Part shown: piece after piece, positions 1 through 10,934 of the stretch | Numbering within the stretch: position 1 is the stretch's first letter | Layout: every line of letters starts with the position of its first letter | Assembly: GCA_963829525.1 (NCBI GenBank) | Contig: CAWHIJ010000003.1 | Span: 1,504,001 to 1,568,000, forward strand | Direction: 5' to 3' | Length of the DNA: 64,000 bases | Source of the DNA: an uncultured Actinomycetota bacterium | GTDB taxonomy: Bacteria; Actinomycetota; Actinomycetes; JAHEKZ01 | Made by a program: the position numbers and the translations under genes | The notes under the pieces: model-generated | Database searches by the model: none | What the model was told of the DNA's origin: nothing | What the model saw: the letters and a program-made list of their open reading frames with translations, nothing else

Positions 1-625
1 GTACTGGGTCAATGACCAGATGGTGCGCTGGCGTCCAAAGGAGTACTGGAAGCCCGGCACCGACGTGACGGTGAGTAGCCAGCTCGAGGGGATCAACCTC
101 GGCGATGGCGTTTGGGGCGATGACAATGATCTCGTTCGTTTCAGCGTAGGGGATGCCACGATCAGCACAGTCGACATCGGTGAGCACACCATGGTTGTCG
201 AGCAGAACGGCCAAGTCGTGCGCAAGATCCCAGTCACCACCGGAAAGCCGGGCTGGGACACGCGGATCGGCACGAAGGTGATCATCTCCAAGGAGCGTGA
301 GGTCGTCATGGACGCAGCCACGCTCGACGTGTCCGAATCCGACCCCGAGTACTACCGGCTCGATGTCGAATACGCCATGCGTCTGACCTGGAGCGGAGAG
401 TACGTTCACGCTGCGCCATGGTCGGTCGACTCGCAAGGCGAGGAGAACGTCAGCCACGGTTGCACGGGGATGTCATTGGCAGACGCCAGTTGGTTCTACA
501 ACATCTCCAAGCCAGGCGATGTGGTCGACTTCGTCAATGGCTCGCGAACCATGGAAGCGTGGAACGGCTACACCGACTGGAACCTCAGTTGGGATGAGTG
601 GAAGAAGGGCAGCGCCCTCTCCTAG
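1..625 (+). CDS. L,D-transpeptidase (YkuD domain with upstream Ig-like domain), 5'-truncated by the window edge
   Basis: Catalytic motif HAAPWS...NVSHGC; Ig-like segment RWRPKEYWKPGT; C-terminal YTDWNLSWDEW typical of actinobacterial Ldt proteins. Confidence 0.92.
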   Translation, partial: YWVNDQMVRWRPKEYWKPGTDVTVSSQLEGINLGDGVWGDDNDLVRFSVGDATISTVDIGEHTMVVEQNGQVVRKIPVTTGKPGWDTRIGTKVIISKEREVVMDAATLDVSESDPEYYRLDVEYAMRLTWSGEYVHAAPWSVDSQGEENVSHGCTGMSLADASWFYNISKPGDVVDFVNGSRTMEAWNGYTDWNLSWDEWKKGSALS

Positions 626-686
626 AGGGTACCTCCACGCCTGCCGATTACACCCCACCCACGGCGGATGTCGAGGCCGTTCGGGA

Positions 687-728
687 ATGGATGAGGGGCG
701 GAAGCTGATGCCTCCGCCCCTCACCCAT
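687..728. terminator. Hairpin between convergent ldt and qcrB; probable bidirectional terminator
   Basis: atggatgaggggcgga (687-702) pairs with tccgcccctcacccat (713-728), one mismatch, 10-nt loop. Confidence 0.7.
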
Positions 729-739
729 CTATCCGGTCG

Positions 740-2416
740 CTAGTCGTGCGGGGTCAGCGCCTTGGTGCGGGCATCGTTGATCTCAAGGTCACGTTCGCTG
801 GTGATCTCAGCCTCGTGGTGATTGCCTTCTTCGATCTCGGCTGGAGTCGGCATGGGGAGTCGCTCGTCGTAGAAGAAGTGCGAGAGCCGCGCCCGCAACT
901 TCTTGACGCCGTAGCCCTTCTGCTTGATGCCGTTTGCGTCGTACTTCTCCGGCATCGGTAGCGGCTTCGGCGCATCGGCACGAGCAAGCAGGAGCGCACG
1001 CTCTTCGTCGGAGATCGGCCTGTGCTGCTCGTAGTACTTACCGTTGGGCAACCGTTTGATGATCCCCGACTCGTAGCCGTGCAGCAGCTTGTCCCGGTCA
1101 CGCCGCTGCAACCCGAAACAGATCCGTTTGGTGATCACAAAGACCAGCGGTGGTACGACGAAGATAGCGATCCGTATGGCCCAGGTGATCAAAAAGACAT
1201 TGATCTCAAAGGTGTTGGCGATCAAGTCATTGCCGCCCTCGGCCCAGAGCAGCATGTAGAACGACAGGCTCATGGTGCCGATGGCTGTTCGGGTGGGGGC
1301 GTTTCGGGGACGGTCGAGCAGGTGATGTTGGGACTTGTCTCCGGTCGCCCACTGCTCAAGGAAGGGATAGAGGGCCATCACGGTGAAGATGATTCCGGGC
1401 AAGACGATGGCCGGAATGAAGATGTTGAGCATGAGGTTCCACTGCCCGAAGAGCACGATCTCGAGGTTCGGCATCAGGCGAAGTGAGCCGTCGAGCCAAC
1501 CGATGTACCAGTCGGGTTGGGAACCTGCGGTGATCTGGTCAGGAATGTACGGACCGTAGAGCCAGATCGGGTTGATCTGGAAGAGGCCGCCCATGAGTGC
1601 TGTGACACCGAAGACTATGAAGAAGAAGCCGCCGGCCTTGGCCGCGTACACGGGGAACAGCGGGTACCCGACGACATTGCGCTGGGTGCGGCCCTTGCCA
1701 GGGAACTGGGTGTGCTTCTGGAACCAGACAAGCATCAGGTGCACGGTGATCAATGCCAGGATGATTCCGGGGACCAACAGCACGTGGACGGTGTAGAGAC
1801 GCGGAATGAAGTCGGTACCGGGGAACTCGCCGCCGAAGATGAAGAACGATACATACGTGCCAACCACTGGTATCGAAAGCATGATGGCTTGGGCGATACG
1901 AAGCCCGGTGCCGGAGAGCAGGTCGTCGGGGAGGGAGTAGCCGGCGAAGCCCTCGACAAGCGCAAGGGTGAGCAACGTGACGCCGATGATCCAGTTCGCC
2001 TCGCGGGGCTTGCGGAAGGCACCGGTGAAGAAGACACGCAGCAGGTGGACGGAGATCGCGGCCACGAAGAAGAGGGCTCCCCAGTGGTGGATCTGGCGCA
2101 TGAGCAGCCCACCGCGAATGTCGAAGCTGATGTCCAGCGTTGAGGCGTAGGCCTCCGACATCTTGACACCGTTGAGAGGCAGGTAGGAGCCGTCGTACAC
2201 GACCTCGATCATCGATGGCTTGAACCACAGGCTCAGAAAGGTTCCCGACAGCAGCAGGATGATGAAGCTGTACAACGCGATCTCGCCAAGCATGAATGAC
2301 CAGTGGTCAGGGAAGACCTTGCCGAGCTGCTTCTTGAGGTACTTCGACGCCGGGACGCGGTCGTCTACCCAGAGGTAACCGGCGCCGCCAGCTTGCTCAA
2401 CCTTGCTCGTACTCAT
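740..2416 (-). CDS. qcrB: Cytochrome bcc complex cytochrome b subunit
   Basis: VFPDHWSFMLGEIALYSF, RQIHHW, GYSLPDDLLSG and SQPDWY motifs; 558 aa with the actinobacterial C-terminal extension. Confidence 0.97.
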   Translation of the reverse strand: MSTSKVEQAGGAGYLWVDDRVPASKYLKKQLGKVFPDHWSFMLGEIALYSFIILLLSGTFLSLWFKPSMIEVVYDGSYLPLNGVKMSEAYASTLDISFDIRGGLLMRQIHHWGALFFVAAISVHLLRVFFTGAFRKPREANWIIGVTLLTLALVEGFAGYSLPDDLLSGTGLRIAQAIMLSIPVVGTYVSFFIFGGEFPGTDFIPRLYTVHVLLVPGIILALITVHLMLVWFQKHTQFPGKGRTQRNVVGYPLFPVYAAKAGGFFFIVFGVTALMGGLFQINPIWLYGPYIPDQITAGSQPDWYIGWLDGSLRLMPNLEIVLFGQWNLMLNIFIPAIVLPGIIFTVMALYPFLEQWATGDKSQHHLLDRPRNAPTRTAIGTMSLSFYMLLWAEGGNDLIANTFEINVFLITWAIRIAIFVVPPLVFVITKRICFGLQRRDRDKLLHGYESGIIKRLPNGKYYEQHRPISDEERALLLARADAPKPLPMPEKYDANGIKQKGYGVKKLRARLSHFFYDERLPMPTPAEIEEGNHHEAEITSERDLEINDARTKALTPHD

Positions 2417-3415
2417 CCGCGCTCCCAGAAGCTCGGTCCAACCGGCTCAGCGAAAGGTTCGCGAGCGATCAAGTATCCGTCCTCATCTACGGTGATCGCC
2501 AGTTGAGGAAGAGCCCGGGAGGACGGTCCGAAGAGAACGTTGCCGCCGTCAGCAAGATCAAATGTCGACTGGTGGCATGGGCAGAGCATGTGGTGCGTCA
2601 GCTGCTCGTACAGCCCGAGGGGGCAGCCAGCGTGAGTGCAGATCTTCGAGTAGCACATGATCCCCTGGTAGGTCCATGGCTCCGCGCCCTCCGGCGTCTG
2701 GTCGGCGACGATCTCGTCCGGATCCATCCGGATGAGCATCACCGCAGACTTGGCGAGTTCGTTGAGGTTGCCTGCCTCCTCCATGACGAGGTCGATGCCC
2801 TCGGGGACCGCGCTGATCAACGTGCCGACCTGCATGTCCTCTGGCCGAATCATTTGTTTCGTCTCGGCGATCAAGATCTTCATGCCGGGTTCCCACATCG
2901 TGGTCCTCAACGCGTCCTCGGGGAGCGGTCCCAGGTCGCGTAGCAAGACGATTGCGGGCAGGCCAGCCAAGCCCAGCGCGGCGACCATGCTGCCGAGGAT
3001 GAACGGGCGGCGCTTCACGCCGCTCTCATCGATACCCCGCCGGTACTCGTCAAGCAACGCGTCGCGGTGCTCTGCCTCCGAGGACTCAGGAGAACGCTCT
3101 TGCACCACCTCGACATCGGGCATGAGTTTCTTGGCCCAGTGGATGGCTGCGGCGCCGATCAGGAAGAGTGCAAGGCCCATCGTGATGCCGAGGAGCAGGT
3201 TAGATGCGTTCGTGCTGCCGAACCCCCGGGAAGCGGATCTCTTTGTCGACTGGTGTGACGGCGTAGGCGACGATGAAGGCCGCGCTAGCCAGGCCGGAAG
3301 CGATGAACAAGAAACCGACCTGACGCTCAGCCCGCTTGGCGGCCCTTGGGTCGACGTCGGCGCGCCGTGACTTGTGCTCGGGAAGGTCGCTTGAGCCGTG
3401 AGTTTCGATGGTCAC
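2413..3415 (-). CDS. qcrA: Rieske iron-sulfur subunit of the cytochrome bcc complex (frameshift near 3225)
   Basis: Rieske boxes CTHAGC and CPCHQS in ORF 2413-3180; N-terminus (DPRAAKRAERQV) in ORF 3200-3415; ends GPSFWER. Confidence 0.93.
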
Positions 3416-4230
3416 TTCGCCTTGACTCCGATCCAGATAGCAACCGCGATGAGGGCGCCCAGCCCGAGGGTCCAGACTGCAATACCTTCGGTGACCGGGC
3501 CGAGCCGGCCGGTGTCGATGCCGCCAGAGTTTGGCGCCTCTCGTAGCGTCTCGATGTAGCCGATGATGGCTCGCTTGTCCTCTGGTCGCAGCGTCGTGTC
3601 GGGGAAGTTCGGCATGTTCTGCGGGCCGATCAGCATCGCCTCGTAGATGTGACGCGGCTCGGTCTCGGTCAGCGACGGCGCGTACTTGCCGTCGTCAGAG
3701 CGCCGCCTTCACCGGCGAAGTTGTGGCATGACGCGCAGTTGGCGCGGAACAGCTGCCCGCCGAGCGCGAGCTCTTCTGGCGTGATCCCTGTCGTGTCGTA
3801 CAAGTCGGGGGTGGGAATCTCCGGACCAGGGGCCAATGACCCGATGTATGCAGCCAGGGCTGCGACCTCTTCGTCGTTGTAGACCGGGGGCTTGCGCTCA
3901 GCCTGGGCTCCGGGGGCAGCCAGCGGCATGCGCCCTGTCGAGACCTGGAAGTCAACGGCCGCAGCTGCCCACGCCGATCAGCGATGGGCCGGCGACTGTG
4001 CCATCGGGCTGGAATGCGCCATCGGCATTGAGTCCGTGGCAGGTGGAGCAGCCTTCCAGGAAGAGCGCGCGGCCTTCTTCGATCTGGGTCGTCGAGGCCG
4101 TCGGCGCGGACGCCTCAGCCTGGGTGGAACTGGAGGCAGCTGCGTAGATCCCACCGATCCCGACAAGGGCGACGAGCAAGAGGAGTGCGGTTGCCCAGGG
4201 GCTGCGGCGCCTGGCGAGCAGATAAGTCAC
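3412..4230 (-). CDS. qcrC: Diheme cytochrome c subunit of the bcc complex (frameshifts near 3960 and 3690)
   Basis: Two heme motifs, CSTCH and CASCH, in successive frames; GPQNMP and C-terminal LGPVTEG plus a TM helix. Confidence 0.92.
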
Positions 4231-4252
4231 GAGAGGTTCCCCTGGAGTGTGG

Positions 4253-4858
4253 CTACTGGATGAAGTAGATCGTCGCGAACAGAGCGATCCACACGACGTC
4301 GACGAAGTGCCAGTAGTAGGACACCACGATCGCGCGCGTGGCCTGGTCGTGGTCGAACCGCCGAGCGACGTATGTGGTTGTCAGGACGAAGAGGAAGGCG
4401 ATCAGGCCGCCCGTGACGTGCGCTGCGTGGAAGCCGGTCGTGAGGAAGAAGACCGAGCCGTAGGGCTCAGAGCTCGAGGCTGAGGCCTTCATGGGCGAGT
4501 TCGGTGTACTCGAAGACCTGGCCTGCGACGAAGAAGGCGCCCATCAGGTAGGTGATGCCGAACCACTTGCGCAGGCCCTTGACGTCGCCGCGCTCAGCAG
4601 CGAAGACGCCGAGCTGACACGTCAGTGAGGACGAGACCAGCACTGCGGTGTTGAGCGACGCGAAGACGATGTTGAGGTGGACGTTCTCCGGCGGCCAGGA
4701 TCGGGCAGGGTGACCTGTCGCACCGTGAAGTACATCGCAAAAAGGGCGGCGAAGAACATCAGCTCTGACGAGAGCCAAACGATGGTTCCTACGCTGACGA
4801 GGTTGGGCCGGTTTGGCGCCTGGATCTGTGCGGGCTCGGCCACGGATGCTGTCGACAC
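4253..4858 (-). CDS. ctaE: Cytochrome c oxidase subunit III (frameshifts near 4700 and 4470)
   Basis: [47 protein letters not shown] and [10 protein letters not shown] spread over three frames. Confidence 0.93.
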
Positions 4859-5289
4859 GGCCCTGATTATGCCGACTCCGACGTCGAAGCGCTCAGAGGG
4901 GGCGAACTTTCTTTGCGGGGTGTTGCTTTTGGCCGAAGATCATCGAGCCGGAGCGTCGATTTCTTGGGGCGGTGACCCTCGGACTCGTTGCCATTCTGTG
5001 ACCAACGGACCAGGCGGTCCTCTGACGTAGGTGTGCTGGACGAGGCTGAACGGGCCGGCGTTCAGCTGCTCCAGCTGCTCCGCTGATCGCACCGTGTCGG
5101 CCAACGGCTTGCTGGTGGCACAGGAGCGGACCAGGGTCGCTGGGTTGGTGGCACGCCTAGGCGGGGACGTGCACGGGTGGCAACTGCTGGCGCCCCGGGC
5201 TGGAGATCGTGGCCGCGCTGGCTACGATCGGGGCGATCGATGAGTCGTCGACGCCAGGTCGGCGACCAGTCCCGATGCGGGGGAGCGGC

Positions 5290-5709
5290 ATGGCCGACGA
5301 CGCGCTGACTGTTTTGGTGTACAGCGACGATCGCAACACCCGCGATCAGGTGCGAATGGCCCTCGGGCGTCGCCCGGCATCAGACCTGCCACGTGTGGAG
5401 TTCGTCGACGTCGCCACCGATTGGGCCGTCATGGACCACCTCCATCGGGGCGGCATCGACCTTGCCATCTTGGACGGCGAGGCGGCTCCAGCCGGTGGAC
5501 TGGGCGTGTGCCGGACCATCAAGCAAGAAGTCTTTCAATCCCCACCTATCCTGCTGCTCATCGGACGCCCGCAAGACCGATGGCTCGCCACCTGGTCGAG
5601 GGCCGACGGAGTGGTGACGCACCCTCTCGACCCCATCACGACCGCGGCGGCCGCCGCGGAGTTGCTGCGCGCGAGGGTGGCGGCCAGCGGCGTTGCCACC
5701 CCCTCCTGA
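5290..5709 (+). CDS. Single-domain response-regulator receiver protein
   Basis: [31 protein letters not shown]; commonly found beside ctaE/trpD in Actinobacteria. Confidence 0.8.
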   Translation: MADDALTVLVYSDDRNTRDQVRMALGRRPASDLPRVEFVDVATDWAVMDHLHRGGIDLAILDGEAAPAGGLGVCRTIKQEVFQSPPILLLIGRPQDRWLATWSRADGVVTHPLDPITTAAAAAELLRARVAASGVATPS

Positions 5710-5713
5710 TTCG

Positions 5714-6776
5714 GTGACCGTGGGGACGCCCGGTTGGCCGACCGTGATCGGAGCGCTGCTTCGGCATGAGGACCTTGACGCGGCGTCAGCCCAATGGGCC
5801 ATGGGCCAGGTGATGTCGGGCGACGCGAGCTCAGCGCAGATCGCGGCATTCGCGGTCGCGCTCCGGAGCAAAGGAGAGACCGCAGCAGAGATGTCCGGCC
5901 TGGCCGAGGCGATGTTGGCGGCGGCCCACCGCATCGAGGTGCCTGGTCCAGCTGTCGATGTCGTCGGCACGGGAGGGGATCGATCGCAGTCGGTCAACAT
6001 CTCGACGATGGCTGCACTGGTGGTCGCGGGAACCGGAGCCCAGGTCGTCAAGCACGGAAACCGGGCGGCCTCATCTGCCTGCGGCACGGCAGACGTTCTT
6101 GAAGAGCTGGGAGTGGTTCTCACGCTGAAGCCTGAGCAGGTGGCGGCTGTGGGGGCCCAGGTCGGGATCACCTTCTGCTTCGCCCAGGTGTTTCATCCGG
6201 CGATGCGTCACGCGGCCGCGCCGCGCCGCGAGATCGGCGTACCGACGTCCTTCAACTTCTTGGGGCCTCTGACGAACCCGGCCCAGCCGGTTGCCCAAGC
6301 GATCGGCTGTGCCGATCTCGCGGATGGCTCCGGTGATGGCGCAGGTCTTTGCCGAACGGGGGGCATCCGCACTGGTGTTTCGAGGTGACGACGGGCTCGA
6401 CGAGCTGACCGTTTCGACCACGTCGTCGGTGTGGCGCGTCTCCATGGGACAGGTCGAGTCGAAGACGCTTGACCCGGCACGGCTCGGGATCGCTGCCGCC
6501 CCGCTGGAGACACTGCGAGGCGGTGATCGCAGCCACAACGCCGGGGTGGTGCGGGCGCTCCTGGCCGGCGAGGAGCGTGGCCCGATCAGGGACGCCGTGC
6601 TGCTGAACGCAGCCGCGGCGCTCTCGGCGTTAGCGGCGGCAGCGGGCGAGAGTGGCGGCGATCTCGAGGACGCCATGGCCGCCGGGCTGAAGCGTGCCGC
6701 GTCCGCCATCGACTCAGGCGCTGCCTCTGACGTGCTGGACCGGTGGATCGCGGCAACGCAGTCAGTCGCCGGCTGA
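5714..6776 (+). CDS. trpD: Anthranilate phosphoribosyltransferase (frameshift near 6320)
   Basis: [32 protein letters not shown]; continues in the next frame with GDDGLDE and VLLNAAAAL. Confidence 0.95.
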
Positions 6777-6815
6777 GTCTGCCGATCTCGGTGGGGGGAG
6801 GGAACGCAGCCCGCG

Positions 6816-7094
6816 TTACTCGAGCCCTAGGGAGAACGCTGCCTCGAGGTCGTGCCGGCTGTAGGCGCGGAACGCGATATGGGTCTCGGTGTGCACGATC
6901 CCCGGGATCTTCGCCAAACGACCGGTGATGACATCGGCGAGCTCGTCGTGCACATGCACCCTGATCATGGCGATCAGATCGACGCCCCCGGTCACCGAGT
7001 AGACCTCGCTGACCTCAGGGATCAAGGCAATGCTCTCGGCAACGGATGGGATCTGGTCGACGTCGCACTGGACGAAGACGATTGCGGTGATCAT
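6816..7094 (-). CDS. Lrp/AsnC ligand-binding-domain-only protein
   Basis: MITAIV...VSEVYSVTG...TETHIAFRAYSRHDLEAAFSLG; 92 aa with no HTH. Confidence 0.88.
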   Translation of the reverse strand: MITAIVFVQCDVDQIPSVAESIALIPEVSEVYSVTGGVDLIAMIRVHVHDELADVITGRLAKIPGIVHTETHIAFRAYSRHDLEAAFSLGLE

Positions 7095-7104
7095 GGTGGC
7101 CTCC

Positions 7105-8859
7105 CTAGTCCGACGTCGTGGTCAGGCTCAGTGCCGACTCTAGCCCGCGCGAGCCGTACCTGGGGCTGGCCCAGACGCCTTCGAGGTGGACCAGTCGGAC
7201 GCCAGGGGAGTCGAGCCAACGAAGGAGGCATTCCGCCTCTTCGGCTGACGCGGTGGGAAACCCACCGGGGCTGGCGGCGACCGGGTCAGCGCCTGCGCGA
7301 AGGGCGGCAATGAACGGCTTCGGGGCGATCCCTCGGGCAGCGAGCCCGGCTGCCGCTAGGCGGCCGTGCCGGATTACAGCGATCTCCCACCCGCCTTCGG
7401 GGGTGAGGCGTGCGGCAACGAGTTCAGGTGAGCCACCGAGCGCTCGCAGCCGCTGCGATCGCGCTGACGCGGCGAGCAGTGCCCGCAGCCGGTCGCGGTG
7501 ACTGACCGCCTCCTCGAAGCGTTCATCAGCCACGAGTGGCGCCATGCGTCTGGCGAGGGCGTCCACAACGGGACGTGCGTCCGAGCACATGGCGGCGGAC
7601 GCGGCCTGAGCGACCCGCGCGTAGTCGTCCACGCTCTGTCGGCCCTCGCAGGGGGCGCCGCAGCGGCCCATCTCCGCCAGGATGCAGGCCGCGTTCATGA
7701 CACGGAGCGAGATCGTCTGCGTGCACTGGCGTAGGGGGTACGTCTCGTGCAACGCATCACGGGCCTGCTCGGCCTGTCGGCGAGAACTGAACGGGCCGAG
7801 ATAGGTGCACGCGTCGTCCTTGACCTCGCGGACGATGGACAGCCGCGGGAAGGGGCCGACGGTCAGCTTGAGGAACGAGACCTTCTCAGGGAATCGGGAC
7901 CGCCGGTTGTAGGGCGGCTTGTACTCGGCGATCATCCGGAGCTCGCGCACCTCGGCTTCGAGCAATGTGGTGCAAGGCAGCGACACCACCTCTTCAGCCG
8001 CGGCGACCATCTCTGCCATCCGGCGCCTGCCCTCGGCTGCTGTGAAGTACTGACGCACCCGGGGGCGGAGGTCGACCGATTTGCCGATGTACAGGACGCG
8101 CTGCTTGGCGTCGCGGAAGAGGTAGACCCCGGGGCCACGGGGGACGTTGTCGGCCAAGTGGCGTTTGCGTTGCTGCGCGGGATGGACGCGGGTGGAGAAC
8201 GTGCTGAGCTCATCGATCGTGGTGACACCGAAGCAGCCGACTCGCTCGAAGAGACCGTGCAGGACGTCGACGGTTGCGCGCGCGTCATCGAGCGCGCGGT
8301 GTGACGGGGTCGTCGTCGCACGAAAGAGTTGTGCGAGCGTGCTGAGCTTGCAGTTGGGGGCCTCGTCGCGGTCAAGGGTGCGACGAGCCAGCCGGGCGGT
8401 GTCGAGGACGCCGAACGCCGGCCAGTCGATGCCCTGCTGCTCGGCGGCTGCCTTGAGGAACCCCATGTCGAACGGCGCGTTGTGCGCCACCAGGGTGCAG
8501 CCGGCCGCGAACTCCAGGAAGGCCGGGAGGACGGCGTCGATTCTCGGGGCCTGCGCCACGGCGGCATCGGTGATGCCGGTGAGCACCGAGATGAAGGCGG
8601 GGATGGAGACGCCGGGATTGACCAAGGTGTGGAACTCGCCGAGCACCTCACCGCCGCACACCTTTACGGCGCCGATCTCGGTGATCGCGCAGCTGGCTGG
8701 AGAGCCGCCGGTGGTCTCGAGGTCGACGACGACGAAAGTGACGGACGATAGTGGGGTTCCGAGGTCGTCGAATGTTGGCTGGAACGCCAGTTGCGCCGTG
8801 TGCTGTGCACCTCCCTGCGCAGCAGGCGGCGTGACTGCGCGCTCGACGCTTGACCTCAT
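7105..8859 (-). CDS. DEDD 3'-5' exonuclease (DnaQ-like) fused to a GIY-YIG/UvrC-like nuclease (Rv2191-like)
   Basis: VVDLETTG, AHNAPFD, HRALDDA; GVYLF...LYIGKS...RVRQYF...PPYN. Start set at ATG 8859, 6 nt after a TACCGT -10 box. Confidence 0.9.
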   Translation of the reverse strand: MRSSVERAVTPPAAQGGAQHTAQLAFQPTFDDLGTPLSSVTFVVVDLETTGGSPASCAITEIGAVKVCGGEVLGEFHTLVNPGVSIPAFISVLTGITDAAVAQAPRIDAVLPAFLEFAAGCTLVAHNAPFDMGFLKAAAEQQGIDWPAFGVLDTARLARRTLDRDEAPNCKLSTLAQLFRATTTPSHRALDDARATVDVLHGLFERVGCFGVTTIDELSTFSTRVHPAQQRKRHLADNVPRGPGVYLFRDAKQRVLYIGKSVDLRPRVRQYFTAAEGRRRMAEMVAAAEEVVSLPCTTLLEAEVRELRMIAEYKPPYNRRSRFPEKVSFLKLTVGPFPRLSIVREVKDDACTYLGPFSSRRQAEQARDALHETYPLRQCTQTISLRVMNAACILAEMGRCGAPCEGRQSVDDYARVAQAASAAMCSDARPVVDALARRMAPLVADERFEEAVSHRDRLRALLAASARSQRLRALGGSPELVAARLTPEGGWEIAVIRHGRLAAAGLAARGIAPKPFIAALRAGADPVAASPGGFPTASAEEAECLLRWLDSPGVRLVHLEGVWASPRYGSRGLESALSLTTTSD

Positions 8860-8950
8860 GGCCCGACGGTAGGGCGGACCACCGACAACAGGGTCAGCCA
8901 CGCCGACTCGTATTGTTAAATGCTCACCGCCTGCTAATCCTGGAGGACCC

Positions 8951-9193
8951 GTGGGCATCTCGGCCCCCAGCAGCGACACTCGCTGGCGTTGCAGCCAGTG
9001 CGGCAACTTGACCCGCTTCGACGTGGTCCGGGTGAGCCGGACCCGCGAGTTCTGGCACCAGGAGCTCTCCGGCGCCCCGGTGGTCGAGGACACGCGGGAA
9101 CTCGACGGCGAGATCGAGTCGGTGGCTTGCCGCTGGTGCGCCGGCGGTGGGTCGATTGAGCTGGTGGGCCGACCGGCACGGAGAGTGATCTGA
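8951..9193 (+). CDS. Small CxxC...CxxC (zinc-ribbon-like) hypothetical protein
   Basis: WRCSQCGNLTRFDV...VACRWC; GGAGG RBS at 8942-8946. Confidence 0.75.
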   Translation: MGISAPSSDTRWRCSQCGNLTRFDVVRVSRTREFWHQELSGAPVVEDTRELDGEIESVACRWCAGGGSIELVGRPARRVI

Positions 9194-9252
9194 CGGTCTT
9201 GTCGGTGGGTCCCTCTAACGTCTCCGGTACCAACAGATCAGAGGAGACGACC

Positions 9253-9576
9253 ATGATCATCGACTGCGATGGATGCGGCGTGCGAGGGGACGCCTGCGGC
9301 GACTGCGTGGTCGCTGTGCTTCTCGGCGCTCCTCCTGACCTCCAGGCGGACGAGCAGCGTGCGCTGGGCGTCCTGGCTGAGGCCGGGCTGGTGCCTCCGC
9401 TGCGTCTCGTGGAGAGCCGCGCAGAGTCCAATTCGGATCTCTCGACCGGTTTATCCGATTTGTCCGAACTCTGGTGTGAGAGACGACACACCGGGCTCCA
9501 GCACGCGAGCAGTTTGATCCGTTGCCGTTCCGTTACTAGGGTAGGGGCCGAGCCAGCGGCCACCGCCGTCAACTGA
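9253..9576 (+). CDS. Small Cys-rich hypothetical protein (3' end uncertain)
   Basis: MIIDCDGCGVRGDACGDCVV...ALGVLAEAGLVPPLRL; GAGGAG RBS. Confidence 0.65.
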   Translation: MIIDCDGCGVRGDACGDCVVAVLLGAPPDLQADEQRALGVLAEAGLVPPLRLVESRAESNSDLSTGLSDLSELWCERRHTGLQHASSLIRCRSVTRVGAEPAATAVN

Positions 9577-9649
9577 CGTCGACGCTGGCTCCCGTCGAGT
9601 TCAGACGGTTCGAGAACGGCTTCGAATCCATCGGAGCCACTCTTGGCCT

Positions 9650-9782
9650 TCTGGAGCCGGGGAACCAAGTTCCCTGGGGCGAATCGGCATCGAACGCTCA
9701 GCGACGCTGAGCGGTAGGTGCGGTAGGGCGCCTTCCCCGCCCGAGCCCGTCAGCTCACCCGGTAGACGGATGAGGAAGAAGG
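9650..9782 (+). ncRNA. Cyclic di-AMP (ydaO/yuaA) riboswitch
   Basis: Conserved segments GGGGAACCA, TGGGGCGAATC, GTAGGG and CCCGAGCCCGTCAGCTCACCCGGTAG directly upstream of an NlpC/P60 hydrolase, the usual actinobacterial context. Confidence 0.88.
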
Positions 9783-9794
9783 AGAGCCGCCTTA

Positions 9795-10866
9795 ATGGCG
9801 ACCCGCCCCATTTCGCGAGCCCTGTCCTTGGCCGTCGCAGCCGCATTCAGCATCACCACCATCGCTTTGGTTCCCGGCACCGGTGTTGCCGACCCCAACG
9901 TAAGCATCGATCAGGTGCAGCAGCGGGTGGACGCCCTCTATCACGAGGCCGAGGCAGCCACCGAGCGCGCACACAACATCAACCTCGATGTCCACGATGC
10001 CCAGCGTCGACTTGCTCGCGCTGCGTGCCGACATCGACAAGCAGGAGCGCGAGTTCGAGGCGCTGCGTGAGGTGCTGGCCCACGCAGCATCAGACATGTA
10101 CGCCACCGGGGGCATCGACCCGTCGATGCAGATGATGCTCGCCAGCAACCCCGACGACTTCCTGCTGCAGGCGCAGTCGCTCGACCAGGTGCTCCGTAGT
10201 CAAGATGCAGACCTGCGTCGCGCAGAGGTTGCTCAGCTCGCGCTCGCGCAGGCGAAGACTCGGGCCGACCAAGAACTCGCTCGGCTCAATGACCTGCAGG
10301 CACAGGCGCAGAAAGAACGCGACGCCGCAAACGCCAAGCTTGCTGAGGCCCAACAGCTTCTGTCCCGACTGAAGGCCGAAGAGCGTCAGCGGCTCGCGGC
10401 GCTTGCTGCCCAGCGTGCCGCAGACGCTGCTGCAGCAGCACGTTCGGCTCCGGCGCCAGCCCCGGCGTCGGCTCCGGCACCAGCGGCGTCATCGACCTCC
10501 TCCTCGGGAAGTGGTCGAGGTGGATCTGCGGTTGCCTTCGCCCAAGCTCAGGTCGGAAAGTCCTACGTTTTCGGCGCCGCTGGCCCGGACGCCTTCGACT
10601 GCTCCGGCCTCACCATGGCGGCCTGGGCCAGCGCCGGCGTCTCACTACCGCACTCTGCAGCCGCGCAGTACGGCGTCACCTCGCGGGTCGACTCAGGCAG
10701 CCTTATCCCCGGTGACCTCGTCTTCTTCTACAGCCCCATCTCGCACGTCGGCATGTACGTCGGTGGCGGCATGATCGTGCACGCTTCCAACCCCGGCACC
10801 GGTGTGGTGATGGAGCCGCTCGCCGGCTACTGGATGTCGGTGTTCGTCAGCGGCGGCCGGGTCTAA
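9795..10866 (+). CDS. Secreted NlpC/P60 (C40) peptidoglycan endopeptidase with coiled coil (frameshift near 10010)
   Basis: Signal peptide ending GVA-DP, coiled coil, Ala/Pro linker, GPDAFDCSGL, PGDLVFF, SHVGMY, VHA. Confidence 0.92.
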
Positions 10867-10934
10867 CCCCACTACCGGGTAGGACCTTGCGGGGGTGTGC
10901 GCCGCGTGAGGCTTGACTTGCCTACCATCGACGG

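Noticed and set aside
2413-4858. Pseudogenisation of the bcc-aa3 respiratory genes
   Set aside because: All cofactor motifs are intact across frames and similar indels are scattered throughout the window; sequencing error is more parsimonious.
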